Below, one piece after another: positions 27,260-37,345 of a stretch of DNA of 64,000 nucleotides. Under the pieces are notes generated by a model. The model made no database searches, was not told the origin of the DNA, and saw only the letters and a program-made list of their open reading frames with translations. The first letter of the stretch is position 1. Each line of letters opens with the position of its first letter. The DNA is taken from sequence record NC_061421.1, one strand, 5' to 3'. Made by a program: the position numbers and the translations under genes.

Positions 27260-27373
27260 ATTTTTACCTGGTGTGATTTTTCTTCATAATAACTTTGCGT
27301 TATTTTTGATGTTTTTAGGTCGGGAAAAAATGAAGGGTTATTGGTATGTGAACACCAAAAACTAACAAGGTAA

Positions 27374-27595
27374 ATGACAAAGATGAGTCTCGCAATTATT
27401 CCTACTACAGCACAAAAGATCGTGGAAATTACTCGTAGCAAAATCGACCCAAATGCAGTAACGCTAATTTTTGAAGACGGTAAAGACGAAACCTTTTTGG
27501 ACTGGTTTGTTCAGAAACACAAACCCGCAGTAGGTCGTTTCTTGGCGAAAGATGTGGAAGGATTTACGCACGTCATCGACAGTATTGAAGCTTAA
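27374..27595 (+). CDS. Hypothetical protein (73 aa), isolated plus-strand gene
   Basis: AAGG RBS, TATG at 27345-27348, ends before a bidirectional hairpin. Confidence 0.65.
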   Translation: MTKMSLAIIPTTAQKIVEITRSKIDPNAVTLIFEDGKDETFLDWFVQKHKPAVGRFLAKDVEGFTHVIDSIEA

Positions 27596-27605
27596 AACAA
27601 GATAC

Positions 27606-27639
27606 AGATTGGTGAGGGGTTAATTCCCCTCACCAATCT
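27606..27639. terminator. Bidirectional terminator between convergent genes
   Basis: AGATTGGTGAGGGG-ttaatt-CCCCTCACCAATCT. Confidence 0.8.
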
Positions 27640-27883
27640 ACTCTATGTTTGTATTTAAAACGTCTTGCTCGGAATAGAACTTATCTTCTACTACGCTGTC
27701 AAACGCCATAGAACGCATCAGGAGCGATTCAACTGGTCTATGGTAATAAACCTTATTATCCCAGGGAGGAAGCAAATTAGAGAGCAATAAGGCGGCTTCC
27801 GTGACCAACGGTAAATTGTCATCGGGTACAAAAGAAAGTGCTTCGTCCAATGCTTCGAGCAAAACATGGCGGGGGGTAAACAT
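27638..27883 (-). CDS. Hypothetical protein (81 aa)
   Basis: AAGGA RBS before MFTPRH at 27883. Confidence 0.6.
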   Translation of the reverse strand: MFTPRHVLLEALDEALSFVPDDNLPLVTEAALLLSNLLPPWDNKVYYHRPVESLLMRSMAFDSVVEDKFYSEQDVLNTNIE

Positions 27884-27914
27884 TACGTAATCGTCCTTAT
27901 TAAAAAAGAATAAG

Positions 27915-27934
27915 GTGAGGACCGAAGTCCTCAC
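27915..27934 (-). terminator. cUUCGg hairpin with downstream U-tract
   Basis: Minus strand GTGAGGAC-ttcg-GTCCTCAC-CTTATTCTTTTTT. Confidence 0.7.
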
Positions 27935-28031
27935 GCTCATTTGTCTTCACTGAATGTCTCGTCATTAACCGGCACTGTGAATAACAGTTAATTAAGAGTT
28001 TCCGAGGGTGTCTTATTTCCTCATCACACTA

Positions 28032-28049
28032 GTGATATAGATGTGAAAA
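28032..28049 (-). promoter_or_regulatory. Putative early promoter
   Basis: Minus strand TTTTCACATCTATATCAC. Confidence 0.7.
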
Positions 28050-28059
28050 AAGGTGGGGA

Positions 28060-29856
28060 TTAAGAAAGGTATGCGTAAATCTGGCGATTTTTAGCGTCTA
28101 TACCAGTAAGGTTGACAGTGATCGTGGTACCATCGGTGGAAATACCCACTGTGAAACTGACTCCCGTAGGTGTGCTACTACTATCACCCCAACGATTAGT
28201 AGGATAGGTTTTAAGATTGCCGAGATCGGTGATTAATGTCGGGTTAGTCGTCTCCCACCCCATGAGTAACGGGACTCTTAGGTATTCTAAGTTGCCAGCT
28301 GAGCCATCTCTTGATTCGATATTGAGATTGTAGACATTAGGAATTTGATATTTAGTTAATGCAGTCCGGGTGAATGAAAATGAGGCAGTGCCCCCGGCGT
28401 TTAATGTAATGTTTACGGGGCTACCGATAGAAACGCGACCATTCCTAATTTGAAATACGCCTACTGTACAAGCATTTGAGATACCGTGGTTGCCGAAATA
28501 CGTTTTACTAGCGGCAATAGCGGTTTCTTTAACAAAACCAAGATAACCGCCACTGAAATAAGAACCAGTAACAACAGTTACCATCGACGAACCATTTCCG
28601 GTCGTAATGATATCGTATTCCGGAGTTGCTGTCCCTGTGCCATCGTCATTCACCCCTCTTGTAGTTCTGATTCCGGTGAGTACCAAGACGGAGTCGTCAG
28701 ATTGGAGAATATTACATTGTTCGGTTGTCCCCGCCGTACCTTTACTACCATTACGCTGAATTGAGCAGGTAGAACAAGTGATTGAGGATCCCCCCATCAC
28801 CGCCAAACCTGCTTTTCCGTTCCTATCAATCAGCTCACCGGTGTATGTGTTACCTACCGACTGGTAAAGATAGATACCTTCTCCATCGTTCCACTCGATT
28901 CTCACACCCACAAACGCATTATTATTTGCGCCAGTCAGTAAAGAGATTGCCCGACCGGTATTGGCGTTAAAAGTTGTGTCCATTAATCTGGAGTCAATTA
29001 AATTGTTAGCGCCGAGATTACACCCGTGAATGTTACACCCTCTAGCGTACAAGGTACCTACGTAGTTAGATTTACCTAAGCCTATAGCCCAACGATAAAT
29101 ACCACAACGCTCAAATCGACAACCGTTAAGTTGACCGCTACCCTGCATCAAATTGACCGATTTATCTCTCCCGTCAAAATTGATACCGACGAAATTATGT
29201 CGCCCGGTGAAAGCGAATAAGTAACTCGCCCCCGCGCCCAGTCTTATAACTGTCCCGGTATTATCGAAACTACTGTTTGATGGTGTGGTATAGGGTCGAT
29301 AGCAACTCCCGTAAATACAGAACCCCATAGGTATGGTCACGGTACCTGCATGAACATAAACCCCGACTACCGGCGGATATACTAGATACTTTTCCCCGGC
29401 GTCAATTGCGGCTTTCAATGCATAATCAACGTTGACTTCTACACCAACAGTACTCTTAATGAGCAGTTGATCTTCTTTCGTCATATACGAAAGAATGTTA
29501 GAGGATAAAAGATCAGTGACCTTCGCATTCCCTATCTCACTTATTGAATCCATTTCCTCGTTTAAATCGCGGAGATTGAGGTACTTATTTAATGCATAGA
29601 CACCATTATCAGTTACCACTTGCAAAACGTTCTGCGATGACAGCGTCACTGTGGTTATGGTACCTGTTAAACCCCCAAGATCGAAGAACTGATTGCTTTC
29701 TTCATGAAATAGTACGCTTTCCGTACCTGATGGAATAACTGCACCAACTTCGGCTTTGATAATGTTACTTTCGTCGACCCCGTATAACTGAGCGTTTACT
29801 TGATTCTGTACCTTTAACCCTGTTGATCCGGAAGGTTGTACTAAACGATCTAACAT
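28060..29856 (-). CDS. Tailspike with Kuttervirus TSP1/TSP3-like head domain and beta-helix
   Basis: N-term QPSGSTG..NQ..A..YGV.ES; D.A..AAID cap; repetitive beta-helix with N/C/G ladders. Confidence 0.85.
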   Translation of the reverse strand: MLDRLVQPSGSTGLKVQNQVNAQLYGVDESNIIKAEVGAVIPSGTESVLFHEESNQFFDLGGLTGTITTVTLSSQNVLQVVTDNGVYALNKYLNLRDLNEEMDSISEIGNAKVTDLLSSNILSYMTKEDQLLIKSTVGVEVNVDYALKAAIDAGEKYLVYPPVVGVYVHAGTVTIPMGFCIYGSCYRPYTTPSNSSFDNTGTVIRLGAGASYLFAFTGRHNFVGINFDGRDKSVNLMQGSGQLNGCRFERCGIYRWAIGLGKSNYVGTLYARGCNIHGCNLGANNLIDSRLMDTTFNANTGRAISLLTGANNNAFVGVRIEWNDGEGIYLYQSVGNTYTGELIDRNGKAGLAVMGGSSITCSTCSIQRNGSKGTAGTTEQCNILQSDDSVLVLTGIRTTRGVNDDGTGTATPEYDIITTGNGSSMVTVVTGSYFSGGYLGFVKETAIAASKTYFGNHGISNACTVGVFQIRNGRVSIGSPVNITLNAGGTASFSFTRTALTKYQIPNVYNLNIESRDGSAGNLEYLRVPLLMGWETTNPTLITDLGNLKTYPTNRWGDSSSTPTGVSFTVGISTDGTTITVNLTGIDAKNRQIYAYLS

Positions 29857-29869
29857 GTTATTTCCTCTT

Positions 29870-29891
29870 AAAAGGGGAATAAACCCCTTTT
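29870..29891. terminator. Short terminator hairpin
   Basis: AAAAGGGG-aataaa-CCCCTTTT. Confidence 0.65.
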
Positions 29892-29901
29892 TATTAAAAG
29901 T

Positions 29902-32649
29902 TTAACTATTCCCACCAATCAGAAGATCCATGATGGACGTGAAGCACCACCAGTTCAGTTCTTCTTTATTCAGACCGTAGCGGGTTTCGCCTTCTTCCGA
30001 TTTATCAGCAATGAAGCAGCTATACTCTTTCCAGTCTAAGTCGTACTTTTCCATTATTTCAATGGCAGCTTGGACAGTAGGGCCAGAGTGAAGTTTACCC
30101 TCGTCTCCTTTTGGACACGCTTCTTCTTTCCATCTCCAAACGGAGGGTAGCTGCGCAATCTCAGCAAACGCATGTGTTTCTTTACTCGTGCGAACTCTGA
30201 GATCGTCTTTCAACGTAGCATCAGAAGTAGAGGAAACTCCGTTTGTGGCGTATACTGTAGTAAAACGGAAACTACTCGCACCCATGGCATGGGTATTATC
30301 CGCTTTTGGCTGCATCCCGCTGGAGTTAATAACAAAACCAATACTATTAGAAATGGCATTGAGATAGAGTCGACCTACCGAATCGGCGGTCATACTTGCC
30401 ATCACGGTGGTCTGATCACCAGAGGTGTAGAAATAAACACCTTTAGTGGTAGTATTAGTTGAGTTGATGCCAATGTTGATATCACTGGCTGTTGTTACAC
30501 TACCACCACTACTGATCGTACTTCCAGAAGAGATTTTACCCAGCGCAGAAATATCGCCCGCATTAGAGAACGTAATGTAGTCCGTCGGCGTAGTAGCGCC
30601 GGTGATGTCGTTAATGTACGAGAAAATAAGTACACCATTATCATCTACACGATTAGTCCATTCGCGAGAAAGTAGCGTTGTATTGCTGATAGTGGAGCGA
30701 GTACTGAAAGCTTTGAATGTGAAGTCATTCAGAATACACTGATTAAACTGGAACGAACGAATACGGGCAGTGGCAGTGCTGTAGTCGACGATAATATCGA
30801 CATTACGGTTATAACTACTTAACGCAGCGTACGCCGTATTGAAGTAACAGCGATCGAAACCGATATTCATCGTTCCTTGGGTGATTTGTACCAGTTTACC
30901 GTTCGTATCGCTATATGTACCTTGGGCGTTATTAGTGGCTAAACGGCAGGAAGAGAACAGTACGTTGAACGTATTTTCCAAATATGCTACCGGAACAGGC
31001 GTTACGGTCTCATTACCGTTCTGGCTAAACACAACGCCATAGAAGGCACAGTGCGCAGCATAAATCATGCTAAGACATTTTGCATTTCGGTTATGCGTCT
31101 CGACGTGTCCGCCAAACCAGTTAATCGCATGATGGGGGTAAGACTTACTCAGCCCAATAATTCTCACCATGGTGCAGTTATTGGCAGTTGCTGTTTCTAC
31201 TGCGCAGTTAATGAATGTTAATTGGTTTGAATCGTCTCCGGTTGCGCCATTGTTTCCGGCACCAGAGTAAACAGAAATTTCAATACCCGCAGAAGCCTGC
31301 GTAGTATCTTTCATATCTGTCGTACTTTGAATATTTAAACCGATAAAGATGCTGTCGAAGGTCAATTCGGATACAAGACCTTTCGCAAAACCGTATGTTC
31401 CAACGTTAGTCAATAAACAGCGTTGTGCAGGCAACCAAGTTGTTGCATCACCAAGAACAATTCCGCGGTTATAGTTCGAGTTAGCTCGAAAACCGATGTT
31501 CTCCATAATCACGCGACAACGAGTGACCTTTAACGCATCAATATTGTCGGCGGCAGTTTGAATAATTGAAGCTGACATACCGTCGCCAACAATACGTAAA
31601 CAAGTCTGGAAAGTTGTCCCAGTTCCCGTTCCTTGCATGGTCACAGTCAGGCCAGACTTAATGGGGTAAACACCACCGGGGAAATATAGTGTAATACCAA
31701 CAAAATATGAAGAAGATGTCACTGATTTAACTGGTCGGTATTTTACCGCATCATTAATAGCGGCTTGTATCGCGGGTGCCCAGTCCCAAGTCTCCGGATC
31801 ATCAGGATCGGTTTTATTGGTGATTAACCCTGCGTATTCCCAAATGTTTTTAACCTGGGCGCTAAAGAAATCATTAAGCGTTTGGATCTTGGTACTAAGT
31901 GGTGTCCCTCTTCCGAATGCTAGGGCTTTAGTTATATTTGGATCGATCATTTCCCCTTTTGTGAAACGATCGTTTAGTTCGAGCTGGATGTTTTTGCCCG
32001 TTAAGGTACCGATATTACTCGCGCCGTTCGGTCCGGTGTACGTAGCCAGAAACGCTTCGTTAACTTTCTCTACGTCGTCACTGCCGAAACAGATCGCTAC
32101 TACGGTTTGATTTTCTTTTACTGGAGTAGCGAGTTTAAAACTCAACGTATTGTCGGCAACTAATTCAAATCCAACGTCTTTGAATTGACGCAAACCATCA
32201 ACGTAAACTTCCTGGACTGAGATATTCCCAGTCAGCGGAACAGTAAAAGTTTGCTCTCCGCCGTTACTCAGTCCACCGTTATAAACCCACTGAACAATCG
32301 CTCCTTTATCTTTCAGAGCTTTGTTCAATAGAGCGTAGGTCCCGTAGGTAATTTGTTCGCCGTCGCTATTAAGCAGAGGGGTGACGCCCGACCCGGCATT
32401 CACCCACCCTTGTACGTGTTCTTTCGTAGCGTCGGTATAAACGAAAAAGGTATCGCCACTGACTGTGTTAGCGAGGCCGCTGGCAGTATCACTATAGGCG
32501 TTTTCAAACAGAATACTTTCACGCAATTTTTTGAGCGTGACTTTATAAGTATCATTCTCTTCTTTGACTTGTGCGATGGGAATAAACCCATTCTCAGAGG
32601 CTACCGACAATGCCGGTAATTCGGTAATTTTTAAACTAGACTTATCCAT
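29902..32649 (-). CDS. Tailspike: KISEL anchor, one XD-type module, beta-helix, C-terminal S74-like intramolecular chaperone
   Basis: KITEL..FENAY..FFVY; WVYNGG..GGE; TWDWAPAIQAAI; STSDATLK..LP.VWRW..H.GPTVQ. Confidence 0.88.
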   Translation of the reverse strand: MDKSSLKITELPALSVASENGFIPIAQVKEENDTYKVTLKKLRESILFENAYSDTASGLANTVSGDTFFVYTDATKEHVQGWVNAGSGVTPLLNSDGEQITYGTYALLNKALKDKGAIVQWVYNGGLSNGGEQTFTVPLTGNISVQEVYVDGLRQFKDVGFELVADNTLSFKLATPVKENQTVVAICFGSDDVEKVNEAFLATYTGPNGASNIGTLTGKNIQLELNDRFTKGEMIDPNITKALAFGRGTPLSTKIQTLNDFFSAQVKNIWEYAGLITNKTDPDDPETWDWAPAIQAAINDAVKYRPVKSVTSSSYFVGITLYFPGGVYPIKSGLTVTMQGTGTGTTFQTCLRIVGDGMSASIIQTAADNIDALKVTRCRVIMENIGFRANSNYNRGIVLGDATTWLPAQRCLLTNVGTYGFAKGLVSELTFDSIFIGLNIQSTTDMKDTTQASAGIEISVYSGAGNNGATGDDSNQLTFINCAVETATANNCTMVRIIGLSKSYPHHAINWFGGHVETHNRNAKCLSMIYAAHCAFYGVVFSQNGNETVTPVPVAYLENTFNVLFSSCRLATNNAQGTYSDTNGKLVQITQGTMNIGFDRCYFNTAYAALSSYNRNVDIIVDYSTATARIRSFQFNQCILNDFTFKAFSTRSTISNTTLLSREWTNRVDDNGVLIFSYINDITGATTPTDYITFSNAGDISALGKISSGSTISSGGSVTTASDINIGINSTNTTTKGVYFYTSGDQTTVMASMTADSVGRLYLNAISNSIGFVINSSGMQPKADNTHAMGASSFRFTTVYATNGVSSTSDATLKDDLRVRTSKETHAFAEIAQLPSVWRWKEEACPKGDEGKLHSGPTVQAAIEIMEKYDLDWKEYSCFIADKSEEGETRYGLNKEELNWWCFTSIMDLLIGGNS

Positions 32650-32693
32650 TTCGGTACCTGTATAGTCTGGGTAAATAAGAGGGTATCTAGATC

Positions 32694-32703
32694 GTCATAA
32701 AAA
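32694..32703 (-). promoter_or_regulatory. Putative late promoter (TATG)
   Basis: Minus strand TTTTTATGAC right after hairpin. Confidence 0.6.
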
Positions 32704-32708
32704 CACAA

Positions 32709-32732
32709 GAGCAGGGCCAATTGGCCCTGCTC
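32709..32732 (-). terminator. Perfect 24-bp palindrome terminator
   Basis: GAGCAGGGCCAA-TTGGCCCTGCTC. Confidence 0.75.
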
Positions 32733-32756
32733 GTTATAGACAAATTATAAAACAAT

Positions 32757-32951
32757 TCAACTACCAGAATTGTCCTCGTTAGTCCTGTCTTCTAAAAGAA
32801 AAGAATCATCCAAACCCTTTTCTGATAGGAACCCAAGAGCAGCTTCTTGATAGTTTTCTACTTCTTCGAAGGAAACAATAGCCTCTCCTAGTTCAATCCT
32901 TGAAAGAAAATAGACGTTATCCCGAGCTGTATCTTTGTAAATATAAATCAT
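32757..32951 (-). CDS. Small acidic protein (64 aa) translationally coupled to a tailspike
   Basis: TGATG overlap at 32949-32953. Confidence 0.6.
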   Translation of the reverse strand: MIYIYKDTARDNVYFLSRIELGEAIVSFEEVENYQEAALGFLSEKGLDDSFLLEDRTNEDNSGS

Positions 32952-34936
32952 CACAAATACCCTAAAGTCGGATGTTGATCGGAAAACCAAACTGCGGGCA
33001 GTTTAACTTGAATGGTACCAACAAACCCGGTAAAGTTAAGTCCGGCGTACCCATATTGAGATGTCCCAGTATCGCAAGACAACATGTAAGTACCCATGTA
33101 ATTATCCGCGGTGAGGGTAATACCTGTTTTTGTCAGTGAGTTTAAAATATCCTGCTGTGGACCTAGGGCATAGCCACTATAGTTTTCACTCATTGACACC
33201 ACGTTAGTCGTGGCATTATTAGTAAAAGACTGAGATGAGACTAAACGACATACGCCACGTACGTAAACATTGCCGGTAGTTGCGGAGCCAGCTTTGACCG
33301 AACAGGATACATGAAATTTCTGTTGGCTATTACTGTTATTAATCGGCGTACCCCAGAGAAGGTTAACTGAGTTAGTTGTACTTGTGGCAGTGATTGTCAC
33401 CGGGATCAAACCGTCAGAGTCTGCATCTGCTGCAGAACCGTAGACAATAGTTGAGCCGTTAGCAACTACGTACCACTGCCCAATTGCTCTGGCGGTAGGT
33501 AAGGCCGCACCCGCGGTACCGTTAAATAATAACCCAGCGCTATTCAAAATGTAACCGTCAGTAGTATCGTAGGACGGCAAAAAGCGATAGGTTTGTCCAC
33601 GTAACGGGTAACGTATTCTGATTTTGATCAGGTTAGTGGGATCGTACGCCTTATAACTCCCATAAGCACTATTAACGTGTGGGCCATAGCAGAAAATATT
33701 TACGTTGTCAAGGTCGATAGCGGTGCGTGTAGTGGTCGCATAACCGATCGTTCTGACGCCACGATAAGGGTCGTTAACAAACGCGTACATGTAGATGTTT
33801 CCGCCGATCATTTTAAAGTTATTTTCGCCCGCGCCGGTTGTGCGAGATGGGCAGTTGGCTAAATAACGGAAACCCTCGACGTGACATTCAACCAACGTAT
33901 CTTGACCGATGTTCACTGGCGAATAAAAGACAACATCGTTTGTATTGTAGTCGAAGCTACAACCAAAATATTTAAACATGTGAACAGTGTCGTTTCGGTA
34001 AACTCCGCCCAAATAGTTATCGCCGATGAGACAGTTAACAAAACGCATGTTCTCGCCGGAGTTAATGCAGTTTGTGCCGGCGTCAGTTACTACGCCGTAC
34101 GCATTTCGATAAAAGTCACAATTCTCCACAACATCCAAATACGTATCGGTAGAACCGATTCTAATTCCGCCGTAAAATTGTGCAACTTTCACACCTGTAA
34201 TTTTTACTTCCCTTACATGGACATAACCACCAGACGGGTAAGTGGTGTTCCCAAGAGAAATACCGTGGAAGGTCGTTTTGTCGTATCCAGGACCTAAAAT
34301 AAAAAGTGCATTAGTGTCCAACACTTCGGTGTAGCTGGCAGAACTCCCTGCATTATTAGTAAATGGATTGGCTGCAGATCGGGTAAGTCCTGTAAACTCG
34401 CCAGTTATCTCTACGCCGTTCCCGGTAGTAAAGGCGCTAAAATCCCATGTCTGGTTAGTGTCGACAACGATAGAAACAAACGGTGGGACCCGTACTGTCG
34501 CTGTCATTTTATAAACTGTTTCGCCGGTGGCGTTATCTAATGGCGGTACACGCAGACGATAAGTCCCGTTTGCGATATAACCTCTAGCGATAACAATTTT
34601 AACAATGTCAGTAGTTATCTTATTAATACACTGAGAGAGATTATTTAAAGAAGCAGAAAACCCGGCCATCCATACGTTAATAGGTTTTGTTGTATCGAGG
34701 AGCCAGTTAGCTCCTTTGGCCGTTTTAAATACGCTGTAGTCGTTATCTGCGACTGTAGAACTTGCTCTGTATGTCATTATTTCATTTACGTCAGGCCCGT
34801 CAACGACCGCTCGTTTTAATAGAACGCGCTGACCGTCAAACCAAGGTTCTAAAGACCGTAACTCAGTTACGGACCCTACGGTCAAAAGAGAATATTCGCC
34901 GTTACTCCCTCGTGGCTTATTGAAATCAGTAAGCAT
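32951..34936 (-). CDS. Tailspike/depolymerase with short FNKPRGS head
   Basis: SV.ELR.LEPW..GQ.V.L tailspike N-domain; NSGEN.RF..C, CSFDY beta-helix motifs shared with 35011. Confidence 0.85.
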   Translation of the reverse strand: MLTDFNKPRGSNGEYSLLTVGSVTELRSLEPWFDGQRVLLKRAVVDGPDVNEIMTYRASSTVADNDYSVFKTAKGANWLLDTTKPINVWMAGFSASLNNLSQCINKITTDIVKIVIARGYIANGTYRLRVPPLDNATGETVYKMTATVRVPPFVSIVVDTNQTWDFSAFTTGNGVEITGEFTGLTRSAANPFTNNAGSSASYTEVLDTNALFILGPGYDKTTFHGISLGNTTYPSGGYVHVREVKITGVKVAQFYGGIRIGSTDTYLDVVENCDFYRNAYGVVTDAGTNCINSGENMRFVNCLIGDNYLGGVYRNDTVHMFKYFGCSFDYNTNDVVFYSPVNIGQDTLVECHVEGFRYLANCPSRTTGAGENNFKMIGGNIYMYAFVNDPYRGVRTIGYATTTRTAIDLDNVNIFCYGPHVNSAYGSYKAYDPTNLIKIRIRYPLRGQTYRFLPSYDTTDGYILNSAGLLFNGTAGAALPTARAIGQWYVVANGSTIVYGSAADADSDGLIPVTITATSTTNSVNLLWGTPINNSNSQQKFHVSCSVKAGSATTGNVYVRGVCRLVSSQSFTNNATTNVVSMSENYSGYALGPQQDILNSLTKTGITLTADNYMGTYMLSCDTGTSQYGYAGLNFTGFVGTIQVKLPAVWFSDQHPTLGYL

Positions 34937-34963
34937 TGTAACACCTCAAAATTGAAAGACGAA

Positions 34964-34975
34964 GTCATAGAAAAA
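34964..34975 (-). promoter_or_regulatory. Putative late promoter (TATG)
   Basis: Minus strand TTTTTCTATGAC, 30 nt upstream of ATG. Confidence 0.6.
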
Positions 34976-35004
34976 TCGGAGGAGACACTTGGTCTCCTCC
35001 GATT
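34974..35004 (-). terminator. Intrinsic terminator hairpin
   Basis: AATCGGAGGAGAC-acttg-GTCTCCTCCGATT. Confidence 0.8.
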
Positions 35005-35010
35005 AATTTA

Positions 35011-37278
35011 CTACTCGTTAATAAACCAATGTACGGGGGCTTTAACGTAAATAGTTCCTACTAACCCAGTGAAGTTAATAGAAACTCCTATTTGATCCGA
35101 ATATGCAGCCTTTCTTACCGACATTGGGAATGCAATATACCCTACGTCAGTTAAACCGGTTAATGTTTTCTTCTTATTAAAGTGAGAATCTACCCCAACA
35201 GACGTACCTTGTGTGTTGGCTAACTGTGAACGAGTCTCTGTGATTGTGGCCACGCTACCAGAAACAGTACCTGTATAAGTTGGCGTATCGTAGTACTTAA
35301 TGTAGTTATACAAGTAAAGTCCTGATACGTAGTCACTCCCTAATCTTACCGAAATTGCGGAGGCAAAAAGAGGGTTAAAGTTGTTTGCTGAATCAAATCT
35401 TTTTAAGCATTCAAGAGTAATAACATTACTTGCTAGAGTAGAAGTGATTTTAATCGTTGCGAGCCCATCTTCATCCAGCGTAGCGAGTTTGGTAATGGTT
35501 ACACCGGTTCCAGTAAAACTAAACTTATGTTGAGTTCGACTATCGGTTTGGTTGTTGAAATCAGTATCTGTTGCCACTGTATCCCATTTCCAGCGCCACC
35601 CCATCAAAGATTGTTGATAATCACTCAAAACAGGAGTAGTGGCGCGAAGGGAACCGGATGGTGCTAATGTATTGTATCCGCCCTTAACAACGCAAACAAA
35701 CTGGTCCCCGGTATTATCTCCGTAACCAGCAACGGTTCCCTGGCCTGTGAGGGAGTAATAAGGAGCCCAATAGTAATCCGATAAAGACCATGCGCACTCA
35801 TTGAAGGTTACCCCGAGGTCTTTCGTTGGGCAGGAAATCATTTGGCGTGCGTGGTTCGCTCTAAAAGTGTCAGAGTAATAAGGAGAGGTGTACTGGTTAG
35901 GGTAGAGGTAGACGCCATTGAACATGAAAATGTTTCGAATGTTCCATGTGTTACCTGGATAGATCTGAGTGAGCTGAGGTTGATTTACCAACATATTACC
36001 AAAGCCTTCGATCCATCCTCTTTCCATCGTGACACGGGTATTAGAGGAATAAAGTGAGCATCTAAAAACATCCCCTGCCGTGTAGTCCAAACTCGTGTCA
36101 ATGATACTAACTATCGCGCCCTTATCAAACCAGAAATGAGCGGTATCGTTATTCCCAATAACCCCGTTAATGAATACTATCTTTTCACCGGAGTTAACAA
36201 TAGTTTGGTTAGTTTCGAACCACACCCCGATTTGGTTATTTGCAATATTGAAATCAGAAAAAGTATTGCAATAAAAGTTAATGTAGTTGATACGCAGACC
36301 GTACTTAAATCCTTCCACCCTGAAATTCTTGACATTAAGATCCCTGACAGACATCGGGAGCGTTCCATAGGTGGCAATTCTAATACCCGCGGCGTTACTT
36401 GTTGACTTTCCTGGGCCTAAAATAAAGAAAGACCCGCCATTAGCGTTAAAGAAATTCGACCCCTGAGTATCGACGAAATTACTATCCGGCATCTGGCCAG
36501 CTGCAACACCGGTGATACCTTCATTCGTGATAACGATCGCGTCATCATTTGTTAGAGAAGTGACTAAATAAATATTCCCATAAGAGACTAAAGAAAAGAA
36601 CGAGGGGATTTTAACTTGTTTCTCTAGCACGTATTTATCGGAAAACTGAGGAAAGAAAATCTGAGTGCTAACACCGAAAGTATTCTTGTTAGCGGAAATT
36701 TTGGCGGTAGTAAAATCAACAATTTTTTGGATTGCGGCTCCTGTACCCGTACCGTCGCTTTTCACTCCGGCCAAACGAATATCTACCCCTTTAGAGACAT
36801 CAACTTTCCAACGGGCACCTTTGGGAGTCACCATAATTGAGAAGTCATTATCAGCGGAAGCAACGTCGCTAGAATCATAATTGGCAATAATATTGATTAG
36901 CGGACCGCCTTGTACAGCACGCTCTAAAATAATTTTTTGCCCTGCGTACCACGGCTCAAATTTTCGCAGATCGGCGATAGTCGCGACAGATACTGTTGTC
37001 AGTGTAGATGGAAACGCCAGAACAGTAAAAGAACCTGCGTTCGTAGTTACCGTGGCTGTGGTTCCGGTAACAGAAACGCCACTCACAACTCCGGTGATAG
37101 CGGTAGTATTAAAAATCTCTTTTGATTCTGGAAGAATAGCAAAAGAGTAATTTGTCAGGTCGTTACCGACTTCCAGTGAACTGATAGACGTTTGCGGGAT
37201 GTTCAATAACTGAGAAAGAACCTCGCCGCTTGATTGTACGGATGTACTTCCACCCGGCTGAATAAAATTAGTTTGCAT
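35011..37278 (-). CDS. Tailspike with TSP1/TSP3-like head domain and beta-helix
   Basis: Start at MQTNFIQPGGSTS; DLRKFEPWYAGQKI; NSGEKIVF, TSLDY. Confidence 0.85.
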   Translation of the reverse strand: MQTNFIQPGGSTSVQSSGEVLSQLLNIPQTSISSLEVGNDLTNYSFAILPESKEIFNTTAITGVVSGVSVTGTTATVTTNAGSFTVLAFPSTLTTVSVATIADLRKFEPWYAGQKIILERAVQGGPLINIIANYDSSDVASADNDFSIMVTPKGARWKVDVSKGVDIRLAGVKSDGTGTGAAIQKIVDFTTAKISANKNTFGVSTQIFFPQFSDKYVLEKQVKIPSFFSLVSYGNIYLVTSLTNDDAIVITNEGITGVAAGQMPDSNFVDTQGSNFFNANGGSFFILGPGKSTSNAAGIRIATYGTLPMSVRDLNVKNFRVEGFKYGLRINYINFYCNTFSDFNIANNQIGVWFETNQTIVNSGEKIVFINGVIGNNDTAHFWFDKGAIVSIIDTSLDYTAGDVFRCSLYSSNTRVTMERGWIEGFGNMLVNQPQLTQIYPGNTWNIRNIFMFNGVYLYPNQYTSPYYSDTFRANHARQMISCPTKDLGVTFNECAWSLSDYYWAPYYSLTGQGTVAGYGDNTGDQFVCVVKGGYNTLAPSGSLRATTPVLSDYQQSLMGWRWKWDTVATDTDFNNQTDSRTQHKFSFTGTGVTITKLATLDEDGLATIKITSTLASNVITLECLKRFDSANNFNPLFASAISVRLGSDYVSGLYLYNYIKYYDTPTYTGTVSGSVATITETRSQLANTQGTSVGVDSHFNKKKTLTGLTDVGYIAFPMSVRKAAYSDQIGVSINFTGLVGTIYVKAPVHWFINE

Positions 37279-37301
37279 TTTAGGTCCTATCAAAACGTGA
37301 A

Positions 37302-37331
37302 AAGCGAAGGAGGAGAAACTCTCCTTCGCTT
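37302..37331 (-). terminator. Terminator hairpin
   Basis: AAGCGAAGGAG-gagaaact-CTCCTTCGCTT. Confidence 0.75.
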
Positions 37332-37345
37332 ATTTTCTTACATTA

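Noticed and set aside
22201-27281. AAWAATCAC upstream of dut (22201-22209) and of 27259 (27273-27281) as middle promoters
   Set aside because: Only two short AT-rich instances, which cannot be distinguished from chance without a genome-wide scan.
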